From a virus (lineage: Duplodnaviria; Caudoviricetes), in the IMG/VR virus record IMGVR_UViG_3300034375_009028: a stretch of 64,000 nucleotides of DNA; one strand, written 5' to 3'. Each line of letters opens with the position of its first letter. Position 1 is the first letter of the stretch. The notes beneath the pieces were generated by a model. The model ran no database searches. It saw only the letters and a program-made list of their open reading frames with translations, and was not told the DNA's origin. The translations under genes were made by a program, and so were the position numbers. Shown piece by piece: positions 57,010 through 64,000 of this stretch.

Positions 57010-59028
57010 TTAGGTATTTCTAAATGACAAAGTGTTGATCTGATTTCCAGAATTCAATTTAAATCTAACTAGAATTCTATTGTTAGCATCATTTGACGAT
57101 GACTCAGTTCCAAATACTGCAGTAAAGGTTCCTGTAGATCCTGTCATATTACCAGCAAATGCTGCTCCAGGAAGAGCAGTTGTTGGAATACCAGAACCAC
57201 GGTATGCTTGGAACATATCTGCCCAACCATTAGTACCAGATAAAGATGAAGTCCATGCAGGATTATCAGGCATACAAATCCAACATCCTGTATAAGAACC
57301 ATTAACTACAATTTCAAACTCAGAGACATTAGATCTTATAAACTGCATTTGAAAATATTGTGATCCTGTTCTACCTACAGAGTAATCTGGTCCAACTGGA
57401 AGATGACCTGTGGAATAATTTGTTTGGTCATGCTTCAAGTCTCCACCAACAACAACAGCTTCGTAGGTTGGCATAGTATTAGAAGCAACCCAAGTGGTAT
57501 AAACAGGAGTTGGATTATCCCCAGCAGATCCAGCATTTACTCTAACTGCATTTCCAGATCCAGTTCCCAAAGTTTGAACTAAAATATTATCTTCATCAAT
57601 CACATTTGTTCTAGCAGTTGTACCCATAATATTTACAATTTGTGGTATAGTCGCACGTACAACATCAGATCCATAAGGAGTTGATGCAGTATAGTTTGAA
57701 AACTTTTGGTTATCTGCAGTTACTCTAATATGAAGATCTCTAGGTGTCTGTGAAACTGTACAAGTAACTCCAACACCAACTCCAAAATTTCTTACTGGTG
57801 GATTAACTCCATTAGTAAAATCTGTATAAGATTTATTACCACCATTCTGGAATCCTGTAGTTTGTCCAGAAGAAGTTAAGAATGTATTGTTAGAATACAT
57901 ATCACCAGTTGCATTCTGGCAAATGATCTCATAAAAGAATGCATTGTTAGATGCTTGTGTATAATGAGGAATTCCAGAAGAATAATTAAATGTTGGTGAA
58001 GGTGGAGTTATTGGAGTTGTTGAGATTAGGACTGGTGCAGATACTGCACTCGGATCTTCATAGTACAAATATTTTTCAGACTCATAGATATTTGTATCTA
58101 CCTGATGTTGAATATATGCCATATTAAAGCCATTGGGTGAATTGGCATTTAATATTCTAGAATCATAAACCTCATAAAAATCCGATGCAATACCAGTATT
58201 TCTAGATGAGAAGAATGCATCTTTATCATTTAAGATTTCTAATGCACCATAAACTCCATCATCACTAGTAGCATCGTTAGTAATACTATTGTCTGGATTG
58301 ATGACATCGTTACTTGTCATCATTCTTTGCCCCTCAACACTGAAGTTGATCATTGCATTTACATTGCCTTGATCTCCAGGACCATACTCAGTTAACCAAG
58401 TAGAGGTAACTGAGTTGCTGGTATTTCTTGGGTATTGTGTTCCAGCAGAAGGAGAAAAAACACCAACAGTATTATTTGTAAACGCAAATCCAGAACAAAG
58501 TCTTGCAACTCCAAGTCCAACCAGATCCAAAGGTGCATTTAAAACTGTTGCTGGTGGTTTTGGAACTAGTTTACCAAGAATAAAGTTTATATCATTGATA
58601 GAATTTTTGGTAAAATCGTCAATCTCAATTTCAACTGCTCCAGGTTTAAATCCACCATCAGGTTCTCCAAACCTCAATGGACCATAGTATTCTCCAGCAG
58701 AAACAAAATTGTTAACATCTACATAGTCCCTAAAAATTGTAGGACCATTTACATCTAAATCTCTTTCTGGAGATGCTGTGGTATTACCAATAGATACCTT
58801 TCCCCTAAAGCTACTAACTCCAGAGACAACAGTATCATTTGATTTGAGAGTAGTATCAACATTTAAAACTCCAGAAACTAAACCATCTCCCTGAACGTGG
58901 AAGTCTGACTTAGCTTCTGAAGTTTTTATACCGACATTACCAGTTACCTGAAGAGCAGTTTCATTGTCAGTATATGAGGCAACACCTACTCTTAGTTTTC
59001 TGTTTAGTTGACTTAAGTATTTTGCCAT
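57010..59028 (-). CDS. virion structural protein A2 (paralog of 41864..43975)
   Basis: Colinear with A1; late promoter AATAAATA at 59078-59071. Confidence 0.75.
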   Translation of the reverse strand: MAKYLSQLNRKLRVGVASYTDNETALQVTGNVGIKTSEAKSDFHVQGDGLVSGVLNVDTTLKSNDTVVSGVSSFRGKVSIGNTTASPERDLDVNGPTIFRDYVDVNNFVSAGEYYGPLRFGEPDGGFKPGAVEIEIDDFTKNSINDINFILGKLVPKPPATVLNAPLDLVGLGVARLCSGFAFTNNTVGVFSPSAGTQYPRNTSNSVTSTWLTEYGPGDQGNVNAMINFSVEGQRMMTSNDVINPDNSITNDATSDDGVYGALEILNDKDAFFSSRNTGIASDFYEVYDSRILNANSPNGFNMAYIQHQVDTNIYESEKYLYYEDPSAVSAPVLISTTPITPPSPTFNYSSGIPHYTQASNNAFFYEIICQNATGDMYSNNTFLTSSGQTTGFQNGGNKSYTDFTNGVNPPVRNFGVGVGVTCTVSQTPRDLHIRVTADNQKFSNYTASTPYGSDVVRATIPQIVNIMGTTARTNVIDEDNILVQTLGTGSGNAVRVNAGSAGDNPTPVYTTWVASNTMPTYEAVVVGGDLKHDQTNYSTGHLPVGPDYSVGRTGSQYFQMQFIRSNVSEFEIVVNGSYTGCWICMPDNPAWTSSLSGTNGWADMFQAYRGSGIPTTALPGAAFAGNMTGSTGTFTAVFGTESSSNDANNRILVRFKLNSGNQINTLSFRNT

Positions 59029-59077
59029 TGAATCAAAGTTATGGGTTACTTCATGACAAAATTGATCGTATATTTAT

Positions 59078-59605
59078 TTATGTCTTACTCTGCTTGTCAA
59101 ATTCAAACATTCCATGTTCAGATCCCCAAACCATTTTTTTAGTCTCTGGATCATAACCTCTATCAATGACTTTATACTTAGTTTTTGTTAATGCAGACAT
59201 AGTAAATAAGAAAGACTTTTTACCATTTCTCTCTACAATACAATCACATCCCATAATTCTACCAACATACTGATTGTTTTCTTTTATAAAAATACAATCA
59301 CAATTTTCATTTAATTCTAATTGATCCTCAGTAATTTGATCTAGATTTTTAAATTCAAGATGTTTTTTTCCATCTTTTACTTTATAACTTGAAACAATAA
59401 TTCTATCGTTTACTTCTTTAAAGTCTAAAACAAATTGCCTATAAGGAGGTTCTCCTCTAACAGTATATTTTTGTTCTCCATAAATCATACCATTATCTAA
59501 GAGAACATGACGTAAACTAATTTGGGAGTATTGAGATGGATAAGAGAATGCTTGCCTTCTATTATTAAAAGATCCAAGTAACCATTCTTTAAACTCTTCA
59601 ATCAT
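59078..59605 (-). CDS. cpeT: T-type phycobiliprotein lyase (CpcT/CpeT family)
   Basis: G.FNN..QA...P, YGEQ.Y, PYRQ, C.C..C, DRGYD...MVWGS.HG.F.F signature. Confidence 0.88.
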   Translation of the reverse strand: MIEEFKEWLLGSFNNRRQAFSYPSQYSQISLRHVLLDNGMIYGEQKYTVRGEPPYRQFVLDFKEVNDRIIVSSYKVKDGKKHLEFKNLDQITEDQLELNENCDCIFIKENNQYVGRIMGCDCIVERNGKKSFLFTMSALTKTKYKVIDRGYDPETKKMVWGSEHGMFEFDKQSKT

Positions 59606-60297
59606 TCGGTACTTCCTCTCCTTGTACGACGTGTTAATGTAGAAAATAAAACTTTACCTATGGCAGAAATCAAATTACCTTCAATTTCATTAAACACATT
59701 CATATTTAATTTGAATGCATAATTTGCCTCTTCAATTATATCATCAATTTCATGTTGGTCAAAGGGCAATTCATCTAACACATTTCTATAATTAGTTTTA
59801 AATTCTTTCTCGTCTGGAATGTCAGTAAAAAGATAAAAGTTCATTCCTGCATCATCAACCTTCAATGCAGTTTGAGCAATACTTTTTAAGAGTTGTCCTC
59901 CAGACAAATCTCCAATATACCTAGTGTAATGATGTGCAATTAAAAGATCCTGATTAGACTTAGAGACTTCTTTAATTCTTGCAACATATTCTTTACAAGA
60001 CTTTGTTTGTGTAATTAAATCTCTCCAATCAATACCAAGATAATATTGCAAGTCTTTTTCTAAAGACTTTTTGCGGAACAATTCAGGATAATAAATGTTA
60101 CGCAAAATGGTATCACTTTTATGATTCTCAAACTCCTCTTCCATTGCAGAGTATATAAAATATAAATCTGAGAGAAGTCTAATATAAGATTTTTTTTCAA
60201 CAACCCCTTTTAAAAAGCAGGTAATAAATCCTGTGTTCTCTGCCATAGTATGGGACTTTTTAGTTCCCTCTCTAATTTGTTTAGATAGATCTGTCAT
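59602..60297 (-). CDS. ho1: heme oxygenase (biliverdin IXa-forming)
   Basis: IREGTKKSHTMAEN (proximal His), HHYTRYIGDLSGGQ, EEANYAF.LN. Confidence 0.95.
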   Translation of the reverse strand: MTDLSKQIREGTKKSHTMAENTGFITCFLKGVVEKKSYIRLLSDLYFIYSAMEEEFENHKSDTILRNIYYPELFRKKSLEKDLQYYLGIDWRDLITQTKSCKEYVARIKEVSKSNQDLLIAHHYTRYIGDLSGGQLLKSIAQTALKVDDAGMNFYLFTDIPDEKEFKTNYRNVLDELPFDQHEIDDIIEEANYAFKLNMNVFNEIEGNLISAIGKVLFSTLTRRTRRGSTE

Positions 60298-61106
60298 TTA
60301 TTTGCTCCAGGTTCAGAAACTTTTCCAAGGTAAGGATTGTAATCAGTAATTACATTAATATCAACTCTTGCTCCAGCAGTTTTCCAGAAATTCAAAATAC
60401 CTTCATAAGAATTTTTATGGAATTTATCTATATGATCTGGATGGATTGATGATCCCAATTGTAATGTATACAAAAGTATAGGAGCAGCGTAGGTTGCCCC
60501 AGAATTATAAATCAAATCATCAGCAACAGGACGAGGTTTAACACCATTATCAAGTTTATATTTATCACCCCTCACATGATTCCTAATAATTTTTTCTGCA
60601 TGGTGTCTAGTGATTACATAACATGCTGTAGAAAAATCATTCACAAACCGATTATGAATAGGAACTACAATATCCCCCGTGCAAATAATAGCAAGTTGCA
60701 AAACATCCCAAGCATAAGGAGCCCTAGCTACAAAATCTTGCCAGGTAAAATTCCAGTAAGATACAGTTTCTAGACTACAATCATCTTCCATGATAACAGC
60801 ATATGGAGAATCAGAAGTTTCATACCAATGCTTGATCGCCTTAATATGTGATGTCACACATCCAATCTCTCCAGAAGACATCATATCTGGATATTTTCCT
60901 TTGATAATATCACTAAGATCGTCATTCCTACCATCATAAGCAGATATACGATTATAGTTTTGTATACCCCAATATTTAAATTGGTCCTCCATGTACTGTC
61001 GTCTTTCAGTATCACTATCCATGTTTATATAATAGACAGGACCAAATCCACTAAGCTTATATTGTGCTTTGTTTTTATCTTCTGGAAAATTAAGCATGGC
61101 GTTCAA
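60294..61106 (-). CDS. GT25-like glycosyltransferase
   Basis: YYIN....ERR, GCVTSH.KAI, IMEDD; paralog of the central domain of 18682..21678. Confidence 0.75.
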   Translation of the reverse strand: MNAMLNFPEDKNKAQYKLSGFGPVYYINMDSDTERRQYMEDQFKYWGIQNYNRISAYDGRNDDLSDIIKGKYPDMMSSGEIGCVTSHIKAIKHWYETSDSPYAVIMEDDCSLETVSYWNFTWQDFVARAPYAWDVLQLAIICTGDIVVPIHNRFVNDFSTACYVITRHHAEKIIRNHVRGDKYKLDNGVKPRPVADDLIYNSGATYAAPILLYTLQLGSSIHPDHIDKFHKNSYEGILNFWKTAGARVDINVITDYNPYLGKVSEPGANK

Positions 61107-62040
61107 TTACTTTTTCAATACTTGGAATATAATGGTTGCGAAGAACTTCTTTCCATTCAAAGTTCTTTGAATATTCAATAATTTCTTCTCTATGATTTAC
61201 TGAATATTCTCTATTTTTTATAATAGCATCTTCAACATATTCAAGATCTTCTATTTTACTTTCTGGAATTACTGTAATAAATTCTTTATCTAAATCAAGA
61301 TTTGCTTTGCCCCATTCACAAACAACTACTCCTAATCCAGCAGCAAGAGCTTCCATACAAACAAGTGGATGTGCTTCCCCATCCGAAAGAAGTACTAAAT
61401 TACCATAGTCAGTCAGATCATTATAAAGAGTTTCTTTTGACCATTCACCAAGATAGTTTTTAGAAGTATTAAATCTTTGGTCTGCTAAATTTCCAGCAAA
61501 CCAAAGACTATCAATACTTTGGAACATATGCTGACGCTTACGATAATCAATTTTAGCAAGATAGATACTTCTGTCTGCATATTCTGGAGTATCTGTTACA
61601 CGGAATCTTTCCCTATTAACGCCATTAGGAGTTACATAAGTATTTTCCTTAGGAATATTAAACATCACATTATAAACACTTTGAATTCCAGGAGATAGGC
61701 AAAAAACATTTGGTTTAATTCTTTGGAATTCATTCGCAACATTTACGTATCCACCAAACATTTCTTTGCGTTCCAAATATCCAAAATGACTAGTGATTGC
61801 ATTTGGATATTGAATATATGGAACAATAGGAATGAATTCATCATAATGGACATGAACAAAATCTGGAACAAAAGCATTTATTCCATTAATAATTTGTCTA
61901 AAGTCTTTTGTATTGATAATTTGAACTTCATGTCCTAGTTCTTCTAGAGCATTTTTTGTGTCCCATACTAGAATTTCAACTGCTCCCCAACCTGTTGGGG
62001 GAATAGGCATAATTCCAGGACCTACTAATGTAATTTTCAT
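61090..62040 (-). CDS. GT-B (GT4-like) glycosyltransferase
   Basis: IPPTGWGAVE N-terminus; S..EAHPLVCMEALAAG motif. Confidence 0.8.
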   Translation of the reverse strand: MKITLVGPGIMPIPPTGWGAVEILVWDTKNALEELGHEVQIINTKDFRQIINGINAFVPDFVHVHYDEFIPIVPYIQYPNAITSHFGYLERKEMFGGYVNVANEFQRIKPNVFCLSPGIQSVYNVMFNIPKENTYVTPNGVNRERFRVTDTPEYADRSIYLAKIDYRKRQHMFQSIDSLWFAGNLADQRFNTSKNYLGEWSKETLYNDLTDYGNLVLLSDGEAHPLVCMEALAAGLGVVVCEWGKANLDLDKEFITVIPESKIEDLEYVEDAIIKNREYSVNHREEIIEYSKNFEWKEVLRNHYIPSIEKVIERHA

Positions 62041-62504
62041 TTTAATTTATCGGGGTAATCTGTACAAATTCCATAACAACTAGTAACACGAAGGTTATCC
62101 CAACTCATGTTATTCCATTCTGGCATCACAATAACAGTATTGTTAGTATATCTCTTTCCTGGATAAGCCCATATTTGATGTTTGCTTGTTAGTGTATAAT
62201 CATCTTCTTGATGCCAAAAATAATTATATCCAGAAGTGAGAGAACTCATATGGTGCAAAGTATCTAGGTCTTTGCAATGTATCCATAAATTATCTTGCCT
62301 TGCTGCCAACCAAAACAAAGTAACTAAATGATCTGGTTCATCATGTCCCAACCAATAAGTGTCCGTTTGTCTATGATATCTAAGATCAATTTCAACATCA
62401 TATCCTTTACTAATACACTCATCAACTTGAGAGGGAAGATTTTCTAACCTGGGGTCAGGACCATTTGTGTTCGCTCGATGAGCAATAATTCTTTTCTGTT
62501 TCAT
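62037..62504 (-). CDS. GDPD/PLC-like phosphodiesterase domain protein
   Basis: IIAHRA, EN, YDVEIDL, LGHD, WIHCK, GICTD. Confidence 0.7.
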   Translation of the reverse strand: MKQKRIIAHRANTNGPDPRLENLPSQVDECISKGYDVEIDLRYHRQTDTYWLGHDEPDHLVTLFWLAARQDNLWIHCKDLDTLHHMSSLTSGYNYFWHQEDDYTLTSKHQIWAYPGKRYTNNTVIVMPEWNNMSWDNLRVTSCYGICTDYPDKLK

Positions 62505-63232
62505 AGTTTTTGTCTAACACATGCGGCGTCCATCGTGCATGGGGCAAGATCAGAAAGATTAAACCTTCTCAAGAATGACCCCATCTTAAATGCTTCTGGA
62601 GATGGTTCCCAAATACCTTGATAAACATGTTCAATGTCATCAAATGCATTTTTTGACCACTCAAGATACCTAGATCCAAAAAATTGGATTGTGTCTGGAA
62701 ATCTGGGATGATGTCCAGGCAAATAAAACTTACTAGAATCGCATTGATTTAAATCAGGAAATCTAATTAGAGAAGTATCATATCTAGCCAACACAATAAA
62801 ATCATATTCGGTTCCAGTCTGTTTGGTATGTTCTTCAACCAAATTAGATACCTTTTGAATAGAACGTAACTGTGACATTACATTACTGTAATTTTTTTCA
62901 TTCCAATGATTTCCTTGTGGATGCTTCCCTGTGAATTTAGCATCTATAAAAGATTTTGCTTTGGGGGGAAGAACAAAAGTTTCTGGAGCATCATACTCAA
63001 GAACAACTGGTTTATAATTTCTATCAATTACATCCAAAGCATCTTTTGGAATTGGGCATCTACTAATCTTTGACCAACTAGAATAATCATATTCTCCTCC
63101 GTCTTCTGTCCACCAAGTGTGACAAAAAACATCAGTATCGTATCTGTTTAAAATTGTCTGTTTATATGTGTTGATCACTTTAGGAGTATCAACAAATCTA
63201 GGTTGTCCAAAAAACGCTAATGCTACTTTCAT
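62501..63232 (-). CDS. putative GT-A-like glycosyltransferase
   Basis: VALAFFGQPR, VFCHTW, LARYD, FPD; paralog of 25116..25853. Confidence 0.6.
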   Translation of the reverse strand: MKVALAFFGQPRFVDTPKVINTYKQTILNRYDTDVFCHTWWTEDGGEYDYSSWSKISRCPIPKDALDVIDRNYKPVVLEYDAPETFVLPPKAKSFIDAKFTGKHPQGNHWNEKNYSNVMSQLRSIQKVSNLVEEHTKQTGTEYDFIVLARYDTSLIRFPDLNQCDSSKFYLPGHHPRFPDTIQFFGSRYLEWSKNAFDDIEHVYQGIWEPSPEAFKMGSFLRRFNLSDLAPCTMDAACVRQKL

Positions 63233-63831
63233 TTACTGTACCCAAATGCCATAAAGTCTTCTTTAGTGTGATTATACACTATTTCTTTTAATTCGTCAGT
63301 GTAATATGTTTCAAAAGAATCATGTTTAGTATCATTCGTTTTTGGGAACGATACTGAATCAAAAGAAAGATTTGTTTTTTTAACAAACAGATCTTCCCAT
63401 TCTTCTTGTATATTTTCAAACTTTAATATATTAACCTCAACATCACCTCTATTTTTAATAAAATCAATTTGCCTTAAAGGAGATTGTTCTGTCCAATAAT
63501 TTCTGGGTGGTCTAGGGTCTCCATCAGTATGAGTGGGCCAATCGTGGAACTCTCCACTTTTTACCCACTCTTCAAAATTATTATACTTCATAATAAACTT
63601 ATGATTATGTCTCCTATGCTGAGACCACCATGAAACAAACCTATCATAAGGATTTCTAACTATCATAAAGTATTGATAATCCTTATAATCTGGGATAGAT
63701 TTTACATAATATTCAACGGTATCGTGCCAATAACTAAAATCAAATCCCTTAGGAGACAACAAAACATTTAATGTTGTAGTACATGCTCTAGGATTTCCAA
63801 TAAAAATTATTTTTTGTTGTCTATTAATCAT
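63229..63831 (-). CDS. carbohydrate sulfotransferase (Sulfotransfer_2-like)
   Basis: FIGNPRACTT (5'-PSB-like), VRNPYDRFVSWW (3'-PB), LKFENI. Confidence 0.75.
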   Translation of the reverse strand: MINRQQKIIFIGNPRACTTTLNVLLSPKGFDFSYWHDTVEYYVKSIPDYKDYQYFMIVRNPYDRFVSWWSQHRRHNHKFIMKYNNFEEWVKSGEFHDWPTHTDGDPRPPRNYWTEQSPLRQIDFIKNRGDVEVNILKFENIQEEWEDLFVKKTNLSFDSVSFPKTNDTKHDSFETYYTDELKEIVYNHTKEDFMAFGYSK

Positions 63832-64000
63832 TCAAATATCCCCATCATAATGTTCAAGGAAGTAATTCAAATCTTCTGGAGTACCAATACCCCACATACC
63901 AGACTTATCGATTTCTTTGATTCGAATCTTCTTGCCATCATCAATCGCTTCATTAAATACTGGGCAAACGTAATATTCATTATTAACACGAATATCCTTT
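63832..64000 (-). CDS. sugar nucleotidyltransferase-like protein (partial, C-terminus only)
   Basis: RVNNEYYVCPVFN...MWGIGTPEDL. Confidence 0.65.
   Translation of the reverse strand, partial: KDIRVNNEYYVCPVFNEAIDDGKKIRIKEIDKSGMWGIGTPEDLNYFLEHYDGDI

Noticed and set aside
1-64000. tRNA genes, CRISPR arrays, diversity-generating retroelement, integrase, psbD
   Set aside because: No cloverleaf, repeat-spacer array, reverse transcriptase, recombinase or D2 sequence was recognised by eye; tRNAscan-SE and HMM searches were not run.

Overview
A 64-kb segment of a T4-like cyanophage (cyanomyovirus) genome, almost entirely on the minus strand. In window order it holds: (i) small accessory ORFs with a LOG-family protein (1-4.4 kb); (ii) intronless psbA followed by an EndoVII-type free-standing homing endonuclease whose C-terminus is a second copy of the psbA tail; (iii) two fibre-like virion genes, a plus-strand trio of secreted proteins, SNase-like nucleases, an HExxH peptidase and a lysozyme; (iv) a photosynthesis/redox cluster (2 hli, petF, peroxiredoxin, small beta-barrel protein, pcyA); (v) glycosyl/methyltransferase cluster 1 (18.7-26.9 kb); (vi) a 32-kb virion-fibre region with a 4745-aa proline-poor collagen fibre and a 3363-aa gp37-like protein; (vii) a T-type bilin lyase and ho1; (viii) glycosylation cluster 2, running off the end. 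Main finding: the 3363-aa late protein carries 12 phycobiliprotein-like (globin-fold) units. Each keeps the C-x-R-D bilin site and a second Cys at the beta-153-like position, and they appear to be arranged as perfectly nested insertions. The same window encodes ho1, pcyA, petF and the CpcT/CpeT lyase. Together this suggests a phage-made, bilin-chromophorylated tail fibre. That is a hypothesis from by-eye motif matching, not yet tested. No tRNA, CRISPR array or intron was seen. Family names come from recalled motifs, not database searches.
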